A stretch of DNA of 64,000 bases. Source: Felis catus (lineage: Eukaryota). The stretch spans positions 230,642,001-230,706,000 of the forward strand of contig NC_058368.1 in assembly GCF_018350175.1 (NCBI RefSeq), read 5' to 3'. Below the pieces are notes generated by a model that worked only from the letters and a program-made list of their open reading frames with translations, made no database searches and was not told where the DNA came from. Positions 39,521 through 51,454 of this stretch are shown one piece after another (position 1 is the stretch's first letter; each line of letters starts with the position of its first letter). The translations under genes were made by a program, and so were the position numbers.

Positions 39521-41154
39521 TGAGATTTTACATAAACTGTGAAATAACCTAAAGTCCCCACAGGCTCCCTTGGCAACAAACATTGATCAGCTGGTAATTT
39601 ATTATTAAATTGGATAATATTGGATAAAAGCCCCAAATGGCAAGAAACTTTAGTTTGTTTTTGCTTTCATTGTACTGAAGTGACCAAGTGTGATACTAAC
39701 CCCCACCCAAGTCCCCGCAGATAGTTGCCTCTTGGGTCTGTAAGAACCTCCAGATGTCAGATTATTTACTGAGATGGGAATGGTGTTTTTCAGAGCAAAG
39801 GAGGGAGGAAAGGAAACTAGAATTTTTTTTCCTCTCAGTCCTTGTAGTGGACCATACATACGCCCAGTACATTTAACAGTTTGTAAAATCTGGACATTAT
39901 GTATGAGAAAGAGACCTGGTTTTTCTTCACCTGAAAGTTTTGATCACCAAGGACTGATTAAAGGGACACTTAAAACTATACCCCCTTCAATGATATTAAT
40001 ATTTTAAAATAAGATCTTTCATATTGACTCAGGTTTTATAGCACACATTTACGTTTTAATCCAAATGATCAGTTGTTAGTTAGATGAGAAAATACCTAAG
40101 AGGTTCATAAGAATTAGGGTGACACAGATATCACATCACACTTGGTGCAGACTAGGTGAAGGTTAACCACTGATGACCCATTTCATATAAGCAAGACACA
40201 CATTATGAAAACCTGCTGTTAAAAAAAATAAGCAGTGTTTAAATTCAGCAGCAAAACCAATCTCAATTTATTTGCTTTGCTCATTTCTCTGACTTCAGCT
40301 CTGCTGTAGGGCCTGATACTGTCCCCCCATCCTTGAGAACTGTGCCCTTGGAAAGTGAGGTTTGGCTGTCTGAAGACACTATTTTGTCTGCCTTCGAGAA
40401 CCAATTTCCTTCTTGCCTGGTGATTCTGTCCCTCCAGAGAGAAAGTGTCACCTCTCAGGTCAGGGTCTTCATGAAAGTGCACTGGCCTCCATTCCTTGGA
40501 GAGAGCTTGTTGGAAGAACTTAAACACATCACCTCCTCTCTGGGCAAAATGTTTTGTAACCCACAGAGTTAAATAAAAAGAAGGATCTGAGAGTGGGGGG
40601 ACAATCCTTGGCCATACAAAGTTGAGAGACAAAGACCTCCAGTTCCTTACAAATGACAACACTCCCAAGCCATGAGCCTGTGTTCTTCAAACCAGAGAAC
40701 TGGTACGAGTACCCAGTTCAGGACTGGCAAGGCCGGCATGTGACCTCCATGTCTTCACCAGTTCAATAGTAAACAACCGGGCTGCACCTATGGTCTCCTC
40801 AAACACAAAGAATGAAGTAGTTAAAAAAAAAAAAAAGCAAGCAAGCAAGCCAACCAACCAACATTTCTGAGCGCACTAGATAATGGTGATACTGGGGTTT
40901 TGAGTCAAGGGTTTGATCCTCAGTTAAGACAATGGAATTCTTGGCATGAACTTCAACAGTGGCTACATTAGCATCACACATTTAAAAATTTTTCACAATA
41001 TTTCATTACTTGGTTCCTCAATAAAATGAAGACAAAAGCTTTGATGAATCAGCACCTGGTACTCTGTACTACAATGTGCATGCAAAACTGAGACATCATC
41101 TCAGGTGGTGCTGACACCCATCATGAGAGATGACAGAACATACACATAATACTC

Positions 41155-41374
41155 TAGAGTGTCTTCACTAATGCACCATTGATGTTTGGGGCTGAATAAT
41201 TCTTTGGAGAAATAGGGGAGATGCAGCATAGGATACTTAACAGTGTCTCTGGCCTTTACCCACTGGATACTCACTGGATGCACCACCACCTGCAGTTGTG
41301 ACCATCATAACAGCCTCCAGATATTTCCAAATCTCCCCTGGGGCGGGGCTACATCAGCCCCAGTCAGAACCACT
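41155..41374. mobile_element. MER20-like DNA transposon
   Basis: ggcctttacccactggat...cagttgtgacc...ctccagatatt...cccctgggg...agaaccactg motif series. Confidence 0.75.
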
Positions 41375-41771
41375 GCTCTGGTGCAATGCACAATGTCCTA
41401 ACTACAGCTGAGCATAAGGAAGGAAAAAGATGCACTCCCAGGTGGGTGATCTGAGAACACAATGCAGAGGAGATGGTATTGGGCTGGAACTTAAAGGACG
41501 GATAGGCTTCTGATGAGCAATATTGGAGATGTTTCTGGAAAAAATGCGAGTGAAGATGTGGAAAGTATGGGGAACGGACAGGGAACAGAATGTAACAAAA
41601 TTAATTCTAAAATGAGGAACGGGAAGAGCAGGGAGAGAGAGACAAGGCAGGCTGTGAACAAACTTGAGGCTCCTGAAAGCCATTTTATAGAACACTAAAG
41701 ATTTTTCATAGCATTTTACAAAAATTCGGTGGGGGGGGGGGGTGTGGTGGTTGTACAGGTAAGGTATAGAT

Positions 41772-42155
41772 TAGTGGTTCTCCAACCATGCATCAGAATC
41801 ACCTGGAGCACATCACCTGAACAATTTGTTCAGACATTGAGTTTATGATTGCATAGGGCTGGGACTGGCAGAGAACTTTCATTTCTAACAAGTTCCCAAG
41901 TGATGTTGGTGTTGCTTGTCCAGGGACTATGCTTTGAGAACCCCGGTCTCAAGAGAGATCACTTCTGAAACTGTTAGAATAATCTAGAACCTTGTTACTT
42001 AAAGTATAATCTGGGGGACTGCAGCCTCAGCATCACCCAGAAGCATATCAGAAGTGGAGAACATCGAGTGCCACTCCATACTTTCTGTGTCCGAATCTGC
42101 CTTTTCATAAAATCCCCAGATGTTTCATAAGAACATTAAACTTTGATAACAATGA
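41772..42155. mobile_element. Adjacent MER5A- and MER5B-like elements
   Basis: tagtggttctccaac...ctttgagaaccc (41772-41945), then ttacttaaagt...cagcatcaccc...gaatctgc...aaactttgataac (about 41990-42155). Confidence 0.7.
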
Positions 42156-42179
42156 TCCAGAAAACATAAGACCATGAGC

Positions 42180-42900
42180 TAGGAGAAAACTAACATGAAA
42201 TGTTGCAGTTGTAAAATTCACAGTACTTGGTGAGTGCTGGGTGAGTGCTGGAGGAACCCAACGATCCCTCTAAGATGTGAGCTTGGGTGACCGGAAGCCC
42301 AGCAGGGGATAATCCACTGGTAATAAGGAAGAAAAATCTTTCTGACAAGGAAAATCCACTCCATGTTGGACATATTACAGATGTTGATGGTAGATCCAGG
42401 GAGAACGTTGCAACAGGCAGTTGAAATGCAACCAGGATGCTGAACGAGAGGCGCAAGATTTGGTGCCGAGAGGTGGAAAATGGCACGGATAGAGCAGTCA
42501 CGGAAAAGGGGATGTAGAGAGGAGAGCATCACAGGGACGATGAAGGCTCATTGGCAACCAACATGATACAGGAGTACACAATAGCATATTGGAGGTGGGG
42601 TTTGGGGAGAACAAGACCAGTGTACTGTTGTCAAAATCAGGGGGAATTTCATATAAAGAGAGTGGAAAGTATCGCTGGTGGGCACTGATACCAGAAGATG
42701 ACAAGAAGGAAGACAAGAATGAAGAAACCTGTGAGTATTGTAATTCGGAGACCACACAGGGCCTTAGTGGGTAACTCCAGGGGCAGGTTAAGGAGACTGA
42801 ATAGCAGGGGAGGGGGCAGAGGACTGGGGAGCTTAACAATGAGCTGTTGATTGTGACAAGATGCTGGCTTGAGACAATCACAAATGGAATGAAGAATTAT
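42180..42900 (-). mobile_element. Degraded LINE (L2-like) fragment
   Basis: Purine-rich strand mirroring L2 motifs; no intact ORF. Confidence 0.4.
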
Positions 42901-43957
42901 TTTAGGGCAGCAAAGCAAACTTGTAAAGCAAGGTTCCATGCTCATACAAATGGTTTAAGAACAACTCCTTCAGTGTGTGCAGCATTTTAGTGCTTTCATG
43001 GTGTTTTAATAGATGTTCTGCTTGTCCCACTCACTACCAGGTAGGCTCGTATTATAACCTGCCCTGTTTTGGAGATGAGGGGAGTAAGACTCAGTGATAC
43101 CATGTAATTGGCAACTTTTGCTGCTGGACATAAAATCGAAGCTTTTTCACCATAGACCATAACACCAGGATGGCTCTTTCTGGGACAGTGATGTTCAAGC
43201 AGTGGCTTCAGATAGGATTAGGAGTCATGAAGCAAAGGGGCCACGGGGAGAGGAAAGCCTGATTCCCCAGGGCCAACTCTTTGCTCAACACCATGGAACC
43301 AGGCTAACTCTCAGGCAGTGCGACTCCAAGGTCCGAGAGGAGGGTGTCTGCGGACCCTGGCATCTGTTTGTCCACCACACGTCCTATACAACCAGTGCCT
43401 TCCACATCAGTTACTGCTGTGGGGTAGTCATCCTCAATACCCCACCCAACTCCCATCTGCTCCAGGCTATTTATTCTCATTTCTCATATGCCTAACCTAC
43501 CCTAAGCCTGAACTTCATGGATCCAACACGATGTTTTTGTTCAGAAATTCTAGTTTGGGAGCCTGTCCAGTCCATGACCGCAACCTCCCTTAGTGAACAG
43601 CTGAGCAGAGAAGCCTGGTGTCCATCTCCAAATGGCCACAATGTGTCTTCATGCTCTCAAAATTAAGACCAGACAGCTGAGATAACCACACAGTTAAGTC
43701 ACAGAACAAAGTGAATTGGCCTTCATTGAAATTAAACCTAAATCACTGGCCATGTGAAAAGTGAATTTGAACTACATGAGCTAAGTTGTCATTGATGGAA
43801 AAATCATTACAATACCACTGACTTTTTTCATATACCACTCTTAATTACGGTCAAGGATAGAAATCACACATGTAAAATTTGATCTAGACTCATTCTGTTT
43901 ACCTATTGCTTTATACAGAACACTCCAAAGTTAGCGTTTTTTTAAAAAGAAAGAAAA

Positions 43958-44155
43958 GGAGGTGCCTGGGTGGTTCAGTTAGTTGAGCGTCTGACGTTAG
44001 CTCAGGCCATGATCTCGGGGCTCGTGAGTTCGAGCCCCACACTGGGTTCTTGGCTGTCAGCGCAGGGCTCACTTTAAATCTTCTATCCCCCTTTCTCTCT
44101 GTCCCTCCCCAACTCACGCTCTTTCTCTCAAAAATAATAAACGTTAAAAAAAGTA
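43958..44155 (+). mobile_element. Can-SINE
   Basis: ggaggtgcctgggtggttcag head, gagttcgagccc B-box, CT tract, A tail. Confidence 0.93.
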
Positions 44156-46169
44156 AAAAGAGAGAAAGATTTATTTTCTTCAGGAATTTTCCATCTGGAT
44201 TGGGCTCCATGAAGACAGCTCGGCCCTGCTCCACTCCACTCGGAATCATCCTGGAGGCTGGAAGCCTGGACTGGAACCACTTAAAGGCTCAATCACTTAG
44301 TATCTGTCTGGGACGACTCAACTAGCTGGGGCAGGGGGAACTTCAGCTCCTCAGGCATCCTGTGAAGTATCTCCACGTGCTTGTCCAGCAGAGATGGTTC
44401 AGTGGGCCAGTCTTCTTATATATTATCTCAAGGTTCCCAAAGTCTATGTCCCAAGAGAAAGAACCAGGCTCAAAAGTCAAAATGCATTCCATTAGTCAAC
44501 GCACTAGCAAAATATTGCTCAGTTCCAGAGGGTAGGGAAGGAAATGGACTGTATCTCTTGATGGGGTGGGGGGAAGATTCTAGCAGAGCATGCAGGGATG
44601 GAAACACAGGCATTGCCTTTTTCAGACGGTCTCCCACAAAACTGATAACAAAGTTCTTTCAAACTTTGGCCAATATTTCTTAACAGCAAAAGCAATGAGT
44701 TTTATTATCAGAAGTTACAAACAACTAATACAACTCACGAAAATGGGATAAAAGGCCATGTAATTATGTCAGAAGGAAGAGTTTGGATCTTGGGCTTGTG
44801 TTTCCACCAGCTGGATGAGAACAAGGAAGCACGTCATGATGCTTAGTCTTAGCAGCCATCTTGTCACCGTGAGGGGCCCAGAAAAAGCTGAAGTCAAAGC
44901 TGAGGAAGGCAGAGTAGATAGATAGAAAGAACCTGGCTCTCTTCTCAGAGCACAGGAGAATCACCAAATTCCCCAGAATATTCCACAACAGACAACCATT
45001 AAGTACTTGTCCCCACATTCTAGAGACTTTCCCCTGACCTCAGCTGAGAAGTAACAGAAGGCTGGATGGATGAAAGCCATCTCAAGGTAGAGTTAAATAT
45101 TCACATTTCCTTAGAGTAAGAGTATATTTTCCTAAAATTCAGTAAAATAGAATTAAAAAAAAAAACACAAGTACCAATTTTGGTAAACATAGAGACATTC
45201 CGTGGACACATTTTCTAGCCATTGTCCTAATATACCTTATTTTTTAATCACAAGTAAAATGTGCTGCAAATTCATACGGGTTTGAAACTATACCATTGCC
45301 TCAGTACACTAGCAATATCAGCTGATTTGGGGTTTTTAAGCAATTTTGTTCATGCGTCATGATCTATAACCAAAGAGATCAAATGGAATCAAATGGAAGG
45401 TGATTAAAGGTTTGGAAAAGTGAGGCGTACTGAGCAATGATGCAGCTTTCCTTGTGTTGGGTCGTCTTTGGGGACGCACAGTTTCAGAATGGGAATGTCT
45501 CCAAGTTACATGGCCCTTTATCACTCCCTCTTCTGCTAGCAACCCCCCCCACACACACACACATACACAATCAATACAGTGGCACCTCCGCCTTCTCTGT
45601 TTCCCAAATTCCCAGCCCCACACTTCGGAGGTGAGCTGGCCAACACTGGTCCTTGGGCCCCTGTGAAGATAGAGTGTTCAGCGCATTCGCAGCCAGTGGA
45701 ACGCTGATACAGGTGAATGGCTTCAGCTTCTAATTGCCAGGTGCCTGAGGACAGGTGCTATAATGGGTCCTCCAGTGATGCTTCCGTGGCCCTGATACAT
45801 TCATGAGCTCCCTTAGGGAAGAATTCCAACCAGATTTTCTGCTCACTCAAGACCCAAGATTCTGAAGGGCAGCTTTACTTGTTTTCCCAAGAACTTTTAA
45901 ACCTAAAAAGAAACGGCTGAGAATGACAGAACTGATGTCCGTGCGTGCTGATGGCACCGACAAAGCAAGGTCAGGACCCAGGAGAAAGGGTCAGTAAACT
46001 GTGTTATGAAAGGGACATAGGTGGAAGGAAAACTGTTTTTAGGTGGAGTCAGAAATGAGATTGATGGAAAGTTTGTTGGGAATCCGGTCACTAGCCCAGT
46101 TACTAAGTAATCTAAGGAATTTTATGTCATTAATTTTGACCCTAGTAAAGTTGTAAAGATAGAGCTGAC

Positions 46170-46633
46170 TGTTATGCCCAGAATTCGTGATCTCCAAACA
46201 CCACTAGGGAGCCTAGTCCGATGCAAAAGCAAAAGAGCCTTTATTCGAGCTACCTTGAGCTCAATCCCCTACCCGCACGGAAGACGCAGCGGTGAGATAC
46301 CAGGGAGAGAGAGCGAGTTTCAAAAGCACAAAGGTTTTATAGGGGTCTAGGGGCAGTTGGTGAGGTAATGGCTGTGGCCTCAGCTGATTGGCTGGGGAAG
46401 GGTCGTGGCCTCGGCCGATTGGCTGGGAAAGGGTCAGAGTCCTGTTACGCAGGTCGCTGGGCGTGTTTTGATCAGGAAGTTTGAACGGATGAGCGAGAGG
46501 TTACTCAAGGGGAGGAGGCGCGGTCTGAGGTTTCTGCGATTTTCCCGGAAAAGGGGTCATGTCAGGGACATAGTCACTCAAGGTGGAGAACACAGAAGAA
46601 GATGGAGTCGGCTGGCGTAGGCCCGCCCTTTCA
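46170..46633 (-). mobile_element. Endogenous retrovirus solo LTR (ERV1/gamma-like), 464 bp
   Basis: Minus strand starts TGAAAG and ends ATAACA (TG...CA). 5-bp direct repeat ctgac at 46165-46169 and 46634-46638. On the minus strand, CCAAT boxes, then TATAAAA (46335-46341), then AATAAA (46240-46245), in U3-R-U5 order. Confidence 0.9.
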
Positions 46634-46738
46634 CTGACCATAGTAAGTAGGAGAGGAGATCAGAGTTTGTAAATCTAATAGGACTCTATCAAGAAATATT
46701 TCCATCTTCTTAATATGTATACACAGATCTCATTTAAT

Positions 46739-47245
46739 CAAGGTTGCAGGGTCCAGCAAATAAAAATATAGGCGTCCAGTTAAAATGGAATTTCAGTGAA
46801 ACAGCCAATAATTTTTTCAGTTTAAGTAATGTCCCGTGCAATATTTGGAACATATTTACACTGAACAGTTGAAAGAGAGAAAGAGAAACCCCTTTGACCT
46901 ATAGAGCACTTGCCAATTTCTGTGCTATAAGTGCACCCTCCACGACCAATTTCAAACTGCCGATTTGATGCTAGTGAATTCGAAACCGGAAGTGGCAACA
47001 CGTCATTTCCAAGGTACAGATAAAGCAGACAAAATAACCTCAAGAGCACAGGTAATAAAAATGTAATCAGGTTGTGCTGGTTACTGATTATTTATTACCT
47101 TTATTTCTTATATAACTCTAAATTTAACTCTAAATTTTTATAATGTGATACGTGGTGTGGCCGGATTCAACATCCAGCTTAGGTATTCCTGAAAAGGTAA
47201 CAATCTGGTCTCGTGAGCTATACAAGACTCCTCTTGCACACCACC
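46739..47245. mobile_element. MER53-like half element followed by MER63-like hAT fragment
   Basis: agcaaataaaaatataggcgtccagttaaa...aagtaatgtccc resembles MER53. ttcctgaaaa..aacaatc..ctcgtgagc..gcacaccac resembles the MER63 end. Confidence 0.6.
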
Positions 47246-47949
47246 GCTTGTGACACCATAAGTGGCTGTCCGAATGAACATTAACACTCATCCCGCCAAC
47301 CTTTACTGAAGTTGCCATGTAAGAGTCATGATACCACGCTCCTTGAGAGACAGATCTAACAAGGATCACGGTGCTGTGGATAACCACCCGCAGCTCGCCA
47401 AGGTGGCAGGTCGTCATGGAGGCGACGCCTTCCCGGCAGGTGGAGGGCAGTGCTGCCGTCACCCACGCTAGTGCGGAGCAGCAGGGACGGGGGCAGGGTT
47501 AAGGGCAGCAGAGGTAGAGCCCTGCTCCGGCAGGAGAAATGCACCTGCGGACGAAGGTTGGGAAGCTTTTGGGGTGGGGACAGAGCTGTCGGCAGGCTTG
47601 CAGGACAGAAGAAAGGAAAGCCTGCAGGTGGACGCAAATGAAGAAGAACTGAGGAAAGGCACTGTGTTCAAGAGCGATTGGCAAAGCAGAGGACAAGGTG
47701 GCACCCTGGCACCCCTCTCTGCCCGGATGCCCCCCGCCCCCAGACCAGCAGCAGGTAGCACAAGACAGACCCAGTGCCTGGGCCACTCGTGTTGTAGGGC
47801 TCATAAGCCTCGGATTCTGGAACAGCCCAGAGAAGGGAAAGCGGCCATGAAAATGACATATCGCGTTTCTTCTTTTAGAAAAGTAAAGACGTAGAACACT
47901 CTTTGCAACCTTTAGTGCCTTGTGGCAACCGTTGCCATCACCAGCAACG

Positions 47950-48364
47950 ATGTCGCGCTGTTCACGCTGCTAGACCAAATTATCGCACATTTAGTGGTTT
48001 AAAACAAGAGATATATGTATTACTTCTGGAGGTCAGAAACCCAAGATGGGTTGGCAGAGTTGTGTTCCTTTCGGGGGCTTTATGGGAAGGAATCCTCTTC
48101 TTTTTGCAGCAACTGTAAGCCACCTGTGTTCCTTGGCACCATCTTTAAAGCTGGTGGAATGGCATCTTCGATCAAATCTTTTCTCTGTCTTCCACCTCTC
48201 TCTTTTCTCTTATAAGGACTCTTCTGATGACATTAATAGTGTCCCCAACTCAAGCTCTTTAACTTACGTCTGCAAAGTCGTTTTGCCATGCAAGGTGACA
48301 TATTCACCAGTTCTAAAGATCAGCACGTGGACATCTTTAGGGAGTCTTTATTCAGTCTACCACA
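47950..48364 (-). mobile_element. MaLR LTR (MLT1-like)
   Basis: ttagtggtttaaaacaa...ttctggaggtcagaa...tctgcaaagtc...aaggtgacatattcac...ttattcagtctaccaca. Confidence 0.8.
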
Positions 48365-49289
48365 TCAGGCTCTTGCTATAATATCATCGTTGAATTCATG
48401 TAAAAAAAAAAAGTCTTAAAAGGGCTTCTAACTGTATTAATACCTAGATTCAGAAAATAAAGCCTTAAAACAATCTAGTTTATATTAAATTCTTGGGGAG
48501 GGGCATAAACTCATTTGTTTCCTATAGTAGTATACTTCCAAAATCTCTGAACAGGTGGAAATTCTCATACACGTTTCTGGTCAAAAAAAGAAAAGATTTC
48601 CTTTGTTAAATTTATTTATGTTAATCGATATTCATGCATCTTGAGGTGGGGTGGGGGAGGATAGATTAAATGCAAATAAAAGGAACAGGAGGTAGAGGAA
48701 AGGGAAACCCTTGCAGAAGTGTAACAAAAGGTCCCAGCGTTTGAATTTTTTGCCCGGGTTATTGAGGTATGATTGCCAAAATTGTTAGATATTTAAAGTG
48801 TACAATGTCATGATGTGATATATGTATCCTTTGTGAAAGGATCCCCCCCCCCATAGAGTGATTAACATGACTTACATTAAATTCTGCTCTGAACTGGAAT
48901 CATGATTATAATGAGGAGCCTTACATTTTTAAGTCTTATCCAATATACAGTGAAATAGGCTTATTTGCAGACTGGTCTGCTTACTGCAGGGGTGGATGAA
49001 AGTTCCCAGCATGGGTAGGAGTCAAGGTATAAATGTCCAAAGGGGATCCCTAAAGCCTGGTTCTCTAAGGGCACATGGTAAGAACGCTCTCATAGCACCT
49101 GGAGGTAAGCCCCCGCCCCCCATTCCTGCAGGCCCCCGCTTCCTGACCTGAGTCACAATTCTGAGGACTCACTCTGGCTTTGCCCCATGGCCCCACCATC
49201 TCATGTCTACATGCTTCTTTGGCTCCAGTGAGAGCAATGTGTCAACAAAGAAGGGCTGCATTTTGCTCGCTCAGCACCAAAATGTGAAA

Positions 49290-49686
49290 GAGATTGGTTT
49301 CCACTGAAATATGCACCCCCCCCCCCTTCACATACTGGAGCCATAAACCCCAGTGTCTCAGAATGGATCCTTATTTGGAGATAGGCTTGTTAAAATGGTA
49401 AGTAAGCTAAAACGAGGTCGCTGAGGGGGACCCCGATATACCTTGTTTTTTTACGACGGGTGGCCTTACAATGAGATGAAACTTGGACACAGACACGCAC
49501 AGAAGGCGGACGAAGCGAGGACCCAGGGAGAAGATCCCCTGCAAGCCAAGGAGAGAAGCCGCGGAAGAAAGCCACCCGGCCGACGCCTCCAAATCCCAGC
49601 CTCCAGAACCTGAGAAAATAGATTTCTGTTGTTTAAGCCTCTGGTCCCAGCTATTTGGCTACGGCAGCCAGAGATGACTGATACAG
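49290..49686 (+). mobile_element. MaLR LTR (MLT1B-like)
   Basis: ccttatttggagatagg...gcaagccaaggagagaagcc...cagcctccagaac..tgagaaaatagatttctgttgtttaagcc...actgataca. Confidence 0.85.
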
Positions 49687-50216
49687 GGATCAAAGGCTGG
49701 CACCCATGAAGCCAATCAGCTTATGGAAAAGTCGAAAAAATGAAACATGCCCTCGAGCAAGTCTTCCTTCTTGATGGGTACTCTGGTGAGATCTGTATTT
49801 GAAAGCAAGCTGACATCTCGTCCTGAGGCCATTCAGCAGGCCACTGACGAACATCCCAGCTTCGGAAACTGGGCTCCCTGTTGCTTCCCCAAACATCACA
49901 GCGTTTCCTGGTTTCCTGACTCGCCGGTGTTCCTGCTGAGAAGCCAGGCCCGGAGGGTCCGTGTGCACCACCCCCAGCTCCAGGGGAGTCCTGGGTGGAA
50001 GGCACCCCCCCATCTCTCCCTTTCCCCTTCTGCCCGCACTCTGTGCAAACCCTTCCATTAGCCCCCAGCCCTCTTCAAGGATCATGCCTTCCCTGGGCAC
50101 CCCAGGAGCCCGTGAACCTTCTCTCCAGTCCCATTTAGGGATGCAGAAACTCAACAATCTAAGTGAGATGGAGAATGTGATTTTTTTTTTAATTTCATAA
50201 CAAAGGGCCTTAACTT

Positions 50217-50633
50217 TGTTTACTGAGTTTAGTGTCCCCCAAAGTCATGTTCTCCTGAAAGCTCAGAATATGAGTTTATTTGGAAATAGGGTCTTTGCAG
50301 GTATCATCTAAATGATGGAGATGAGATCATACCGAATTAGGGCGGACCCCAATTCCAAAGAGCATGTCCTTTTAAAAGACAGGACAGAGAAGAATCCCAT
50401 GGTCTGGTGCAGGCGGAGACGGGAAGGATGCATCCACGGGCCAAGGAACACCAACAATTGCCAGCAGCCACAGGAAACAAGAGACGTGGAATAATATAAA
50501 GCGACTGGAAGGAACCAACCGTGCCCACACATCGATTTCTTACTTCTAATCTCCAGAAGTGCGAGAGGGTACATTTCTATTGTTTTAAGGCGCTCTGCAG
50601 TAATTTGCAATAGCAATCCCAGGAAACCAATGT
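50217..50633 (+). mobile_element. MaLR LTR (MLT1C-like)
   Basis: gtcccccaaa...tttatttggaaatagggtctttgcag...gagatcatacc...ttgccagcagccacagga...catttctattgttttaag...caggaaaccaat. Confidence 0.85.
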
Positions 50634-50716
50634 ATTTGTTTAGGTAAGATTACATCTAATTGTAATGGAGAATCTGACCTCATTCTTTAATTTTTTTTTA
50701 ATGTTTGTTTATTTTT

Positions 50717-51258
50717 TTAATTTTATTTTTTATTTTTTAAAATTAGCATATAGTGCAACAATGATTCCAGGAGTAGATTCTGTAGTGCCCCTCACCCATT
50801 TAGCCCATCCCCCCTCCCACAACCCCTCCAGTAACCCTCAGTTTGTTCTCCATGTTTATGAGTCTCTTCTGTTTTGTCCCCCTCCCTGTTTTTATATTAT
50901 TTTTGTTTCCCTTTCCTTATGTTCATCTGTTTTGTCTCTTAAAGTCCTCATATGAGTGAAGTCATATGATTTTTGTCTTTCTCTAATTTCACCTAGCATA
51001 ATACCCTCCAGTTCCATCCACATAGGTAGTTACAAATGGCAAGATTTCATTCTTTTTGATTGCTGAGCAATACTCCATTGAATGTATATGCCACATCTTT
51101 ATCCATTCATCCATCGATGGACATTTGGGCTCTTTCCATACTTGGGCTACTGTCGATAGTGCTGCTATAAACATGGGGGTGCATGTGTCCCTTCGAAACA
51201 GCACACCTGTATCCCGTGAATAAATGCCTAGGACTGCAATTGCTGGGTCATGGGGTAG
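50717..51258 (-). mobile_element. 5'-truncated carnivore L1 inserted into a SINE tail
   Basis: T-rich tail and L1 3'UTR. The minus-strand ORF DTCTPMFIAALSTVAQVWKEPKCPSMDEWIK is the L1 ORF2 C-terminus. TSD ttaatgtttgtt(t/c)attttt at 50698-50716 and 51259-51277. Confidence 0.93.
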
Positions 51259-51454
51259 TTAATGTTTGTTCATTTTTGAGAGACAGGGTGCGAGCAGGGG
51301 ATGGACAGAGAAAGAGGGAAACACAGAATCCGAAGCAGACTCCAGGCTCTGAGCTGTCAGAGCAGAGCCCGATGGGGGGCTCAAACCCACAAACTGAGGG
51401 ATCATGACCTGAGCTGAAGCGGGAAGCTTAACGGACTGAGCCACCCAGGCGTCC
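51259..51454 (-). mobile_element. Can-SINE (tail remnant at ~50688-50716, split by L1)
   Basis: SINE body gcagactccaggctctgagctgtcag and head gagccacccaggcgtcc. Confidence 0.93.

Noticed and set aside
45930..45952. RE1/REST-like string tgtccgtgcgtgctga
   Set aside because: Non-canonical spacing and an incomplete half-site; cannot be supported without ChIP data.
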